Assembly (NCBI GenBank): GCA_964556795.1
Contig: CAZKWZ010000002.1
Location: 1-57,485 of the forward strand
Length of the DNA stretch: 57,485 nt
Direction of reading: 5' to 3'
Origin: an uncultured Gammaproteobacteria bacterium
GTDB lineage: Bacteria > Patescibacteriota > Microgenomatia > UBA12405
The translations under genes and the position numbers were made by a program. The notes beneath the pieces are model-generated. The model searched no databases and had not been told where the DNA came from. It saw nothing but the letters and a program-made list of their open reading frames with translations. Below are positions 1 to 8,636 of the stretch, in pieces. The stretch's first letter is position 1; each line of letters opens with the position of its first letter.

Positions 1-392
1 AGTGAAGAAAGAATAATAGCCCAAATAGTTTTGGTCATCAATTCTTTTCCTAAAACAGCACCTAAAGTTTCAAATTGAAGATCAACAAATTTTGAGTCAA
101 GTTTTTTGAAAGCTGTGGTCAATTGATCCTTGGTAACAGAATCAACATTGGCAAACTTCAAAATATAGGTATCCTGATTAACGGAAAAAGTTAATAACTC
201 TAGGCTATTTTGAGAAAAAATAGCCTTAATATTATCGATATTTGGTTTAGAAGGTAAGGAAATAGTCCAAGAAGAACCGCCGGAAAAATCAACTGATTTT
301 TTAAATCCCCAAAAAATAATCGAGGTAATTGAAGAAATAAGTAAAATTGAGGAAATCACTAAAAATAGTGGACGAAATTTCATGATATTCAT
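1..392 (-). CDS. secF: Protein translocase subunit SecF, N-terminal part (3' end runs off the window)
   Basis: Open at the window edge, so absent from the ORF track. Minus-strand ATG at 392-390 overlaps the secD TGA (ATGA). My translation is MNIMKFRPLFLVISSILLISS...KKSVDFSGGSSW...LGAVLGKELMTKTIWAIILS. It has an N-terminal TM helix and the DF(S/T)GG motif, and sits directly after secD. Confidence 0.8.
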   Translation of the reverse strand, partial: MNIMKFRPLFLVISSILLISSITSIIFWGFKKSVDFSGGSSWTISLPSKPNIDNIKAIFSQNSLELLTFSVNQDTYILKFANVDSVTKDQLTTAFKKLDSKFVDLQFETLGAVLGKELMTKTIWAIILSS

Positions 393-1735
393 AGTTTTTT
401 CTTAGCTAAAACTCTTAATAAATTTCGGGTAACCACGATACCAGTAAACATACCTAAAACGACACCCAATAAGAGAGTAACGGCAAAACCACGAACCATA
501 CCAGTACTATTTAAAAATGGCCAATTAAAGGGATTAAAAAGAATTAGGCCAGTGATAATAGTACAGGTATTGGCATCTTTAATAGAATCCCAAGCGCGAC
601 CAAAACCAAGTTCCATAGCATTATTCCAAGATTTACCGGAACGAAGTTCCTCTTTCATCCTTTCAAAAATAAGAATATTACTATCAACGGCCATGCCAAC
701 AGATAGAATAAAACCGACAATTCCCGGAAAGGTTAAAGTAACTGGAATTAAGCGATATAAAGTCAGAGTAATCAAACCATAAATAATAAGACCAAAATCA
801 GCAATGACACCTAAAATTCCATAATTTCCGATCATAAATAAAGAAACTAACGCCAAACCAACTAGACCTGCTTTAACACCTTTGCTAATTGAATCCTGAC
901 CAAGGGAGGCACCGACCTGCGATTGTTGGATAAGCTTAATTGGAAGCTTTAAAGAACCAGCATTTAACTGGGCGGAAAGGGCTTTGGCAGATTTTATATC
1001 AAAGTTTCCATTAATTACAGCTTTACCATCAGGAATAATTACACTCACGGTAGGGGCAGTAATAATTTCATCATCTAAAATAATAGCCAGTCTTTTATTT
1101 AGATAATCGGTAGTGGCTTTTTCAAAAATTTTTGACCCTTCAGAATTAAATTCAAGCGAGACCTCAACTTCACCATTGTTGGGATTAGTTTGAGGAAAGG
1201 CACGAACTAAATGTGAACCATCTAAACCAGTATCTTTAAGATAATCAGAGGGTTTGGCGGTAGCTGTAGCCTCAGGGGGAATATCAAGTAGACCCATAAA
1301 ATTTAATTGGGCGGTTTTTCCGATTAAATCCGTAGCCTCTTTGATATCAGTAACACCAGGTAATTCAACAATCAAACGATGGGCACCATCTTGGGTGGAA
1401 GATAATTGAACATTTGATTCAGAAACTCCAAAAAGATTGACCCGACGTTCAATATTTACCTTTAAAGATTCTAAAGCACTAGACATGTCTTCTTTTTTTA
1501 TTTTTGAAGTATCAATATCGTAGAGCAAAGAAACACCACCAGCGAGATCAAGACCATAGCGAAGATCTAAATTTGGTTTTATCTGGGTCGAGCCAAGTTT
1601 CATGGAGAAATCGGGACGATAAAAAACTCGACCAAATAAATTAAATTTTTGGGGTAGATTGATGACAATACACAAAAAAGTAATGGCAATAATGGACCAG
1701 AAAATAGTTAGAACGCGACGATTATTCCTTAACAT
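389..1735 (-). CDS. secD: Protein translocase subunit SecD
   Basis: 448-aa ORF with an N-terminal TM. Contains YGLDLAGGVSLLY and ILDDEIITAPTV motifs and a C-terminal 5-TM block typical of SecD. ATGA overlap with secF. Confidence 0.9.
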   Translation of the reverse strand: MLRNNRRVLTIFWSIIAITFLCIVINLPQKFNLFGRVFYRPDFSMKLGSTQIKPNLDLRYGLDLAGGVSLLYDIDTSKIKKEDMSSALESLKVNIERRVNLFGVSESNVQLSSTQDGAHRLIVELPGVTDIKEATDLIGKTAQLNFMGLLDIPPEATATAKPSDYLKDTGLDGSHLVRAFPQTNPNNGEVEVSLEFNSEGSKIFEKATTDYLNKRLAIILDDEIITAPTVSVIIPDGKAVINGNFDIKSAKALSAQLNAGSLKLPIKLIQQSQVGASLGQDSISKGVKAGLVGLALVSLFMIGNYGILGVIADFGLIIYGLITLTLYRLIPVTLTFPGIVGFILSVGMAVDSNILIFERMKEELRSGKSWNNAMELGFGRAWDSIKDANTCTIITGLILFNPFNWPFLNSTGMVRGFAVTLLLGVVLGMFTGIVVTRNLLRVLAKKKL

Positions 1736-1913
1736 AGCCGAGAGATAATTGGCGGGGATGACCAGTAAAAGTATAAGTGATGGAAGTTTTGGATGAATTT
1801 ACCTTATATTGAGCCAGGTCCCCTTCTTTAATATCGAAAGATTTAATAATCTTGTTGGGTAAAGTAAGTGCCAAGCTATTACCAGTTTTAATTACTTTTC
1901 TAATTTTTTGCAT
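1722..1913 (-). CDS. AbrB/MazE/SpoVT-type DNA-binding domain protein
   Basis: 63 aa. N-terminal KVIKTGNSLALTLPNKIIKSFDIKEGD matches the swapped-hairpin AbrB-like pattern. Overlaps the secD start by 14 nt. Confidence 0.55.
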   Translation of the reverse strand: MQKIRKVIKTGNSLALTLPNKIIKSFDIKEGDLAQYKVNSSKTSITYTFTGHPRQLSLGYVKE

Positions 1914-2483
1914 TTAATTTTCTAAAAGAGCAGGGTTACCGATTATAACAAGAGGAGAGGAAAGGAAAAAGTCGACAATAAAAGGATCACGTTTACTCTG
2001 TCGAAGTTTTAACTCTGACTGATCCATAACCATATAATTTATTTCCATCTCACGTCTTTTTTCTTCGGCACTGATGGCATTTTCAACTTCACGAATAGGA
2101 AGATCGCCGACAATAATTAAATCAATTGAATCCGGTCGGGCTTTTTGCCAAAGCAAAAAGGGAAAACTAACTAATAGTAATTTGGCCTTGTCTAACTTTA
2201 AAGCTAAATCCGAGTTTCGATAAGCTAAAAGTAAAAGGCTATTGAATAAATGATGACGAAGATTGGTGGTGTAATATAAACGATTACCCCTAACTTCTGA
2301 TAAAAGAATGTTAGCTTTTTTTAAATTAGCCAGTTCCCGACGGACAGAGTTAATTTCTTCACCGGTCAAACGAACCAGTTGTCTGACATAAAAGAGCTCC
2401 TTGGGGTTACCAAAAAACAGACAAATCAACTTACATCTGGTTTTAGAAGTAAGAATGGCATTAAGTGACGTTTCAACCTTCAT
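1914..2483 (-). CDS. Winged-helix (ArsR-like) transcriptional regulator with an uncharacterised C-terminal domain
   Basis: 189 aa. N-terminus TRCKLICLFFGNPKELFYVRQLVRLTGEEINSVRRELANLKKANIL...RGNRLYY is a typical wHTH. Abuts the next gene. Confidence 0.5.
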   Translation of the reverse strand: MKVETSLNAILTSKTRCKLICLFFGNPKELFYVRQLVRLTGEEINSVRRELANLKKANILLSEVRGNRLYYTTNLRHHLFNSLLLLAYRNSDLALKLDKAKLLLVSFPFLLWQKARPDSIDLIIVGDLPIREVENAISAEEKRREMEINYMVMDQSELKLRQSKRDPFIVDFFLSSPLVIIGNPALLEN

Positions 2484-3702
2484 AACTAATTTTATTACCG
2501 ATTGGTAAAATTTCTATCCAGATTTGACCGGGAACAAAGTTAATCTCTTTTCCGGTGGTCTTATCCTTAAAAACCGTACGACCTTGACGGGCGGTTTTTG
2601 ACCAGGTGATGTCAGTCTTTTGGCCGTTGGCAAAATAAACACCATCACCAGATCCAATTACTGCATAAAGATTGTGTAAATGTTCATCAATAGAGCGTGA
2701 TTCTTTGGTGAATTGGATAATTAAATTTTTGGTACTAATCTGTTGTTGATAATTAAAATCAACAGCTGAGGTTCCACCATTGAATCTCAGATAACGATTA
2801 GTAGCAGAATCATATTTCCAGGAAACACCATAAGCTTTGTCACCCCAGAAATCGAAACTGATAGTTGAGGTACTGGCTGGGTTAGCGGCTTTGTCCTCAC
2901 CCTTAAAAGACCAGGAACGGAAACTTTTATCCCATGAACTATGGTTAATTTCGGTCATGTTGGTTAAACCGCGACTGGCAGCTACGTTCCACAATTCATT
3001 AGTAGAACAGTACATAGTATGCTCGGTAGCTTTGGTCTCACCGACACGATCTGGTTCGCGACGACAGGCTTTGTAAGATAATGAAAATTGGGAAAGATCT
3101 CCCCAAGTACCTTTATTATTCCAACCATATTGAGCAATTTGCTCTATGGCTAGAGCTTTTTTATTGGTAGTACACGGACCATTGGGGGTAGCAGCTGAGC
3201 AGTTGGCACCACCAACATGAGCATAAAGTGGATAATCAGAATACTCTGAGGCTAAATCAAGAAAATAAGTTCGAGCGGAACGAACCGGACCAACATCATA
3301 TTTTTGAGAAGCACCTCTGACAGCATTACAATAGAAAACTCCCATAAAACGGGTAATACCACCCTCAGCTACTGCCTCGTAAACAATATCGGCATTAGTT
3401 AAACCTGATTGTGGTCTGGCATCAGAGTGATTTTCTATCATCACTAATAAAGGACGACGAGTAGACCAAATTGCCTGTTCTTCTTTGGTAAATTTTTCCC
3501 CATTAAGTGGACAAACTTCGGTTTTCGGACCACTGAAAGTGAGATAACCTGTTTGCGATGAAATCGGAGTGGGAGTATTTTTCGATGAATCTGTCGAGTC
3601 GGAATTGACAGGAATTATATTTCCAAAAAGCCAATATGAGGCAAAGGAACCAAAAACAAAAATAAGTACGTAGACTATGGGTTTGATTATTTTAGAGTTC
3701 AT
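2473..3702 (-). CDS. DUF3048 (YerB-like) secreted/lipoprotein-type protein
   Basis: 409 aa with an N-terminal TM/signal. RPLLVMIENHSDARPQSGLTNADIVYEAVAEGGITRFMGVFY matches the DUF3048 signature as I recall it. Confidence 0.7.
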   Translation of the reverse strand: MNSKIIKPIVYVLIFVFGSFASYWLFGNIIPVNSDSTDSSKNTPTPISSQTGYLTFSGPKTEVCPLNGEKFTKEEQAIWSTRRPLLVMIENHSDARPQSGLTNADIVYEAVAEGGITRFMGVFYCNAVRGASQKYDVGPVRSARTYFLDLASEYSDYPLYAHVGGANCSAATPNGPCTTNKKALAIEQIAQYGWNNKGTWGDLSQFSLSYKACRREPDRVGETKATEHTMYCSTNELWNVAASRGLTNMTEINHSSWDKSFRSWSFKGEDKAANPASTSTISFDFWGDKAYGVSWKYDSATNRYLRFNGGTSAVDFNYQQQISTKNLIIQFTKESRSIDEHLHNLYAVIGSGDGVYFANGQKTDITWSKTARQGRTVFKDKTTGKEINFVPGQIWIEILPIGNKISYEG

Positions 3703-3708
3703 AAAATA

Positions 3709-4095
3709 TTAACGACTAATAGCTTTTAATATAGCCGATTTTTCTTCTTTTGACAAAGTTATATTATCACCTTGACCGTTCTTTATAGACTTGGCATAAA
3801 TTCGACTAAAAGATCGGTGATGAAGTGAAGTGAGGAGTAAACCTGAATTTTCTTTATCAAGTAGAACTAATATAAAACTTTGATCACCGCCAACGTCGTC
3901 AAAAGGATTAAAACGGACCAGTTTCATTTTTTCGATTATTCCTGATGATTCCGAGGTATTTTTGTTGGGATCATTGATTCGTCGGTACTTAGTAAGAATT
4001 AAATACAGAAGGTAAATTAGGCCTAGAAAATTTAATATCGTGAGGATATAGAAGATAAGAGACATGTCTGTTGTAATTTTATCAAAGAGGTCCAT
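3709..4095 (-). CDS. DUF4446 family membrane protein
   Basis: The ORF track extends to 4134 (TTG). The ATG at 4095 gives MDLFDKITTDMSLIFYILTILNFLGLIYLLY (TM), then RFNPFDDVGGDQSFILVLLDKENSGLLLTSLHHRSFSRIYAKSI, a DUF4446-like core. Confidence 0.65.
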   Translation of the reverse strand: MDLFDKITTDMSLIFYILTILNFLGLIYLLYLILTKYRRINDPNKNTSESSGIIEKMKLVRFNPFDDVGGDQSFILVLLDKENSGLLLTSLHHRSFSRIYAKSIKNGQGDNITLSKEEKSAILKAISR

Positions 4096-4272
4096 GTTAT
4101 ACTGAAGTTGAATGAAACAGGCACAAAATGGCAATCAGGATGGTAGCAAATATTTGCGTAAAGATTTGTTAAAAAGCTTCTTTTTGAGCGTAGTGGCTAT
4201 TGCAATCGTGGTGGCTTTGTATTATGTTTGGAAGTGAGTTAGCTTTAAATTTATTAAGGAGGTGAACACGTA

Positions 4273-4446
4273 ATGGCAGTCATTAAATTTTATTCTGTAA
4301 AATCTAGAAAATCCGTTGAGGTTGATGTTTCTAAAGTAAAGAAAGTCATGCTTAAAAACGGTAGACCAGCAGCTGAAGCTGTTGACCCCGAGACTGGAGT
4401 CAAAATGTTCAAAATCCTATCCGCAGCTGATGCAGCTTTATTGTAA
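4273..4446 (+). CDS. Small basic protein (57 aa), unlisted ORF; possible SH3-like nucleic-acid-binding protein
   Basis: ATG at 4273 is preceded by AAGGAGGTGA (4256-4265). Translation: MAVIKFYSVKSRKSVEVDVSKVKKVMLKNGRPAAEAVDPETGVKMFKILSAADAALL, with TAA at 4444-4446. A strong hairpin terminator follows 17 nt downstream. Below the length cutoff of the ORF track. Confidence 0.7.
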   Translation: MAVIKFYSVKSRKSVEVDVSKVKKVMLKNGRPAAEAVDPETGVKMFKILSAADAALL

Positions 4447-4462
4447 GGAAATTTCTTAATAA

Positions 4463-4497
4463 AAATCCCTCTGAGGTGAAACTTAGAGGGATTTTTT
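4463..4497 (+). terminator. Rho-independent terminator
   Basis: 10-bp stem AAATCCCTCT (4463-4472) / AGAGGGATTT (4485-4494), 12-nt loop, then a T-run to 4497. Confidence 0.8.
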
Positions 4498-4511
4498 GGT
4501 AAAATTAACTA

Positions 4512-4805
4512 CTTCAAAGAGATTGAGGTGTCTACTCCATTCGGCCAAAGCCGAGCGGAGAGGAAAGTCCGGACCACTAAAAGCAAGGAACCTAAAAAGG
4601 TAGGGCGAGGCAAAAGCTTCGGGCAATGCTACAGAGACGAGTAAGGGGCCGCCTTCGCAAGAAGCTACGGCGCCTGATATGAAACGAGCATCCTTCCTGT
4701 GGAAATCTTAAAGCGGGGCATTTGTATCTAGCTTTTGAGAGCTCCAGGTAAAGAGAATAGATAGATGACACTTAAACAGAATCCGGCTTAACAATCTCTT
4801 TGAAG
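4512..4805 (+). ncRNA. rnpB: RNase P RNA, bacterial type A, compact (about 294 nt)
   Basis: Universal motifs GAGGAAAGTCCGGAC (about 4560-4574) and ACAGAATCCGGCTTA (4776-4790). Also GCTACAGAGACGAG and TAGATAGATGACAC blocks. A perfect 14-bp P1 closes the molecule: CTTCAAAGAGATTG (4512-4525) with CAATCTCTTTGAAG (4792-4805). Confidence 0.9.
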
Positions 4806-4812
4806 CCTTTTT

Positions 4813-5781
4813 TTATTTTTTGGAGAGAGTCTTGAAAATTGTTTCTGCAGTAAGATAGAGAGGAACTGCAATAACAGCACCGATTATCCCGCCTAATTTG
4901 GCACCAGCAGCAATTAAAAGGATTGTGATTAGAGGGTTGATTCCGATAGTTTCTTTCATAATTTTGGGGACAATAAAATTGTTTTCCAGCTGTTGGACAA
5001 TAATTCCCCAAACAATAGCTAAAACTCCAATTAGTGGTGATACGGTTAAACCAAAAAGACCAGCTAAAATTGAAGCAACTGTAGGACCGATATTGGGAAC
5101 AACTTCTAACAGTCCGGCGATAATAGCCAGAGGTAAGGCATAATTAATTCCAATAATCAGATAACCAATATAGGAAAGCAATCCAATTATCAGCATTAAA
5201 AGTAGCTCAGCACTCACCCAAGAACCTAAACGTTTTTCCAGTTGATTAACAACTTCAACCGGTTTTTCACTTTTTTGACCAAAGATGTTGACTAGATAAT
5301 CATCGAAATTTTTTCTTTCGAGAAGTAGATAAAAAGTAATGACAAAGAAAACGAATATAGAGATGACATTTGAAAATATAGATAAAGCAGTAGTGGCAAT
5401 ATTGCCTGGTAAATTTTCTAATATTTTAAATTGTGAAGAGATATTACTTGAATCTATACCCCAAATATTGATGCTTTGAATAGTATTAGGTAAGGTGCGA
5501 ATGAGATTAGTTGATTGTTCAACCAGCGCCGGAATAATACCGGCAAAGGAAAATGAAATGGCGGCGCCAATAACTACATACACGATTAATATTGCCAGTA
5601 CTCTGGGTATTTTGAGTTTTTGAAGCCAAGTAACTGCCGGGTTTAATCCTTCCATAAAAATGTAACAAAGAAAAACCAGGAGAATAAGACTGCGTAGCTG
5701 CCAAACAACAAAAAGAGAAAGAATAAAAAGGACGGTAAAAATAATCGTGCGATAGGAAATCTCAACTTTTTGGGGTTTCAT
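4813..5781 (-). CDS. AI-2E family transporter (PerM/UPF0118)
   Basis: Multi-TM protein with C-terminal LLEVVPNIGPTVASILAGL and VQQLENNFIVPKIM motifs. The ATG at 5781 forms an ATGA overlap with the miaA stop; an alternative ATG lies at 5796. Confidence 0.75.
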   Translation of the reverse strand: MKPQKVEISYRTIIFTVLFILSLFVVWQLRSLILLVFLCYIFMEGLNPAVTWLQKLKIPRVLAILIVYVVIGAAISFSFAGIIPALVEQSTNLIRTLPNTIQSINIWGIDSSNISSQFKILENLPGNIATTALSIFSNVISIFVFFVITFYLLLERKNFDDYLVNIFGQKSEKPVEVVNQLEKRLGSWVSAELLLMLIIGLLSYIGYLIIGINYALPLAIIAGLLEVVPNIGPTVASILAGLFGLTVSPLIGVLAIVWGIIVQQLENNFIVPKIMKETIGINPLITILLIAAGAKLGGIIGAVIAVPLYLTAETIFKTLSKK

Positions 5782-6737
5782 GACAAATTGTACCATTTTT
5801 TGACCAAATCAAGGATATTGTGAATAAAATTTGGCTGGGTAATATCGATAAAACAAATGTTTTTTTGTTTTTTAAACCAGGTAATCTGACGACGAGCATA
5901 AGCGTGTTCATCCCCTTGCCACTCTTTAATAGCCTCATCTAGAGATTTTTTTGGGTTTAAATAATCTTTAAATTCTTTGTAGGCCAGAGTATTTAATCCA
6001 GGATCAGACCATGAATATTTAGTTAATAAATTTTTTATTTCGTTTAGAAGTCCTAAATCAAGACGTTTTTGGATACGAGAGTCAATCCGAGGATATAAAA
6101 AGGCGGTGGGGGCAGTAAGAGATAAGTGTAAAACGTTAAAATTATTTTGATTTAAATCCCCCTTAGTCCCCCTTTGAAAAGGGGGGAGATTATATTTTTT
6201 ATTAGAAAATATTTGGGACAATTTATTGTTTAAATTAAATTTAATTTCAATTTTTCTAATTAAACGATGGGGGTTGTGTTTTTCGGAATTATTTAGGGAA
6301 TCGTAGTTTTTTTTGTCTAATATCTGATAAATTTTTTCAATATTTTTAGTTGATAACTTGTTTAAAAAAAATCTAAGGAAATTATTTGGTTTTATAGAAT
6401 AGGTTGATTTATTGGGATTAATTATACTATCAATATATTGACCAGTGCCGCCAACAACAATCGGTAGTTTATTTTTTGATTGGATATCAGCAATTTTTTG
6501 GAGGGCTAATTTTTGATACTCCGCCACCGAAAAACTAAGGTCTGGGGTAATTAAATCTATTAATTTAATTTTGAAATCTTTTGGATGATCCTTGCCAGTA
6601 CCAATATCCATACCCCGATAAATTTGTCGGGAATCAGCAGAAATCAGTTCACCGTTGAATTTTTTGGCTAATTTAACAGCTAAATCAGTTTTACCTGTAG
6701 CAGTAGGACCAGAGATAATTAAAATTTTTTTAGACAT
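5778..6737 (-). CDS. miaA: tRNA dimethylallyltransferase
   Basis: [49 protein letters not shown] is the P-loop and signature. The ORF-track N-terminal extension overlaps ychF; the ATG at 6737 overlaps the ychF stop (ATGTCTAA). Confidence 0.9.
   Translation of the reverse strand: MSKKILIISGPTATGKTDLAVKLAKKFNGELISADSRQIYRGMDIGTGKDHPKDFKIKLIDLITPDLSFSVAEYQKLALQKIADIQSKNKLPIVVGGTGQYIDSIINPNKSTYSIKPNNFLRFFLNKLSTKNIEKIYQILDKKNYDSLNNSEKHNPHRLIRKIEIKFNLNNKLSQIFSNKKYNLPPFQRGTKGDLNQNNFNVLHLSLTAPTAFLYPRIDSRIQKRLDLGLLNEIKNLLTKYSWSDPGLNTLAYKEFKDYLNPKKSLDEAIKEWQGDEHAYARRQITWFKKQKNICFIDITQPNFIHNILDLVKKWYNLS
6154..6188. repeat. GC-rich hairpin mini-repeat, copy A (inside miaA coding sequence)
   Basis: AAATCCCCCTTAGTCCCCCTTTGAAAAGGGGGGAG. 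Contains the hairpin CCCCCTTT-GAAA-AGGGGG and encodes LPPFQRGTKGDL in the miaA frame. Confidence 0.6.
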
Positions 6738-7794
6738 TGAATCGAAATTCGACAATATCGTCAGGATGCATGTGGTAGGTTTTACCTTCGTGGCGTAAAA
6801 GACCTTTTTGTTTGGCCCCATCCCAACCATTATTGGCTACAAAATCCTGATAGGAAACAATTTCGGCCATAATAAAACCTCTTTGAAAGTCAGTATGAAT
6901 AGCACCGGCCGCCTCAGGAGCGGTGGCAGACTTTTTTATAGTCCAGGCCCGGGCTTCCTTGATGCCGGCAGTATAAAAAGACTGGAGACCCAAAGTTTCA
7001 TAGGCTTTTTGGATGACCCGTTCGAGACCGGATTTTTCGATACCTAATTCTTTTAGATAATTTAGTTTGTCTTCGGCGGTAAGCTCTGACAATTCAAATT
7101 CAGTTTTGGCACAAACAGGGATGACGTTTTCTAAATCAGTTTTAAAATCGTTGACATGAGAATAGGTGGACTCATCGACATTGGCAACTATAAAATATGG
7201 TTTAGCGGTGAGGAGAAAAAATTCTTTTAGTATTAATTTTTCATCATCATCAAGCTCGATATTAATGGCTAATTTACCCTGTTCTAAGTATGTTTTTAAT
7301 TTTTTTGCTAAAGGATATTTTTTGCCTTTTAATTCGGCAGCATTATTTTTATTGGTATCTAAATAACGATCTATGCTTTCTAAATCTTTGATAATTAATT
7401 CGGCGCAGATAACTTCAAAATCACCCTGAGGGTCGACGCTTCCCTCTTTGACAATATTGGAGTCAGAAAAATTTCTGACCACATGCATAATAGCGTCACA
7501 ATCACGAATATTGGTTAAAAATTTATTACCTAAACCTTCACCAGTAGAAGCTCCTTTGACGAGGCCGGCAATGTCAACAAATTCGACAATAGCGGGGACA
7601 ATTTTAGGGGTTTTGACAATCTTAGATAAAACCTCTAATTTTTCATCAGGGACTTCGACTACCCCAACATTGGGATCAATAGTACAAAAGGGATAGTTGC
7701 TGGCGTCAGCAACTTGTTTTCCTAATAGAGCATTGAACAAAGTTGATTTACCAACATTGGGTAAACCGACAATTCCGATAGAGAGATTTGACAT
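6730..7794 (-). CDS. ychF: Ribosome-binding ATPase YchF
   Basis: [20 protein letters not shown]1 motif, a TGS-like C-terminus [19 protein letters not shown], and length typical of YchF. The ATG at 7794 is preferred over the TTG at 7812. Confidence 0.9.
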   Translation of the reverse strand: MSNLSIGIVGLPNVGKSTLFNALLGKQVADASNYPFCTIDPNVGVVEVPDEKLEVLSKIVKTPKIVPAIVEFVDIAGLVKGASTGEGLGNKFLTNIRDCDAIMHVVRNFSDSNIVKEGSVDPQGDFEVICAELIIKDLESIDRYLDTNKNNAAELKGKKYPLAKKLKTYLEQGKLAINIELDDDEKLILKEFFLLTAKPYFIVANVDESTYSHVNDFKTDLENVIPVCAKTEFELSELTAEDKLNYLKELGIEKSGLERVIQKAYETLGLQSFYTAGIKEARAWTIKKSATAPEAAGAIHTDFQRGFIMAEIVSYQDFVANNGWDGAKQKGLLRHEGKTYHMHPDDIVEFRFNV

Positions 7795-7838
7795 AAGGTA
7801 TTTTAACAACAAAGACGCATTTATCTTATAATCAACTT

Positions 7839-8636
7839 ATGAAATATCCGGAGCATTTAGAGGAAAAGATAAGAGAAGTGGTGGCGATAAGTTATTTGAA
7901 ACATGAATTAAAAAAAATTTTTCCGAGTATCAATAAAGGTGATATTGAAAATTTAATGTCAAATAAAACTCTAAGTAATCCCAGAGATTTTTGGAACGGA
8001 TTTCACGGAATCTCCATGGGTTTTAAACTAAATATTGGGTTGTCATTCATAATAACGGCTGAAAATATCCAGTGGTCTAAGAAAGAAATATTGGTTAATG
8101 ATTTGTACTTTGGTACCAAGACAAAAGAACTTGAAGAAATTATTGATAATGATGATTTATCGGTGATAAATATATTGAAAAATTTAGAGAATAAAAAAGG
8201 AATTAAAAATAAATTAATAGAAAATTATAATCAAACAAAGGTAATTAATTCCGATTGGAATAAAGATCCAATTATCGTTAAAGAAAAAATTATTAGCGAC
8301 CAAAAAGTACTGACGGTTTATGACGGCCATAATCGACTTTTACAGGCAATATTAAACGGTCAGAATAAAATTTTCGCTTATATAGGAAGGTTTAAAAGTA
8401 AAGAATTAATTCCAAAAAATTTTTGGTTACCGACTGATTTAATAATGGACAATTTATTTTTTATTTATGAGTCAATTAATAATAATGAGGAAAAAATATT
8501 TAGAGCACAAATTGAGGGATTAAAAAATATGTTGGAAAAATCAGAAAGTGGCAGGATAGAATTTTTGGAAAGGGCGTTAACTAAAAATAAAATATACCGG
8601 GAAAAAATATTAAATGCTCTGGAGATTAAAGATTAA
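7839..8636 (+). CDS. Hypothetical protein with ParB/Sulfiredoxin-like domain
   Basis: 265 aa, very AT-rich gene. Central DPIIVKEKIISDQKVLTVYDGHNRLLQAILNGQNKIFAYIG fits the ParB N-terminal (DGxHR) pattern. The flanks are unrecognisable. Confidence 0.4.
   Translation: MKYPEHLEEKIREVVAISYLKHELKKIFPSINKGDIENLMSNKTLSNPRDFWNGFHGISMGFKLNIGLSFIITAENIQWSKKEILVNDLYFGTKTKELEEIIDNDDLSVINILKNLENKKGIKNKLIENYNQTKVINSDWNKDPIIVKEKIISDQKVLTVYDGHNRLLQAILNGQNKIFAYIGRFKSKELIPKNFWLPTDLIMDNLFFIYESINNNEEKIFRAQIEGLKNMLEKSESGRIEFLERALTKNKIYREKILNALEIKD

Noticed and set aside
4772-5011. 79-aa minus-strand ORF overlapping the rnpB 3' end and the perM 3' region.
   Set aside because: It overlaps a confidently identified RNase P RNA and is out of frame within the AI-2E transporter gene. 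It has a Cys/Asn/Tyr-rich nonsense composition.
389-5780. Possible alternative genetic code (UGA recoding, as in some CPR lineages).
   Set aside because: TGA terminates secD (389-391) and miaA (5778-5780) exactly where the next genes start (ATGA overlaps). All conserved proteins are full length under code 11.
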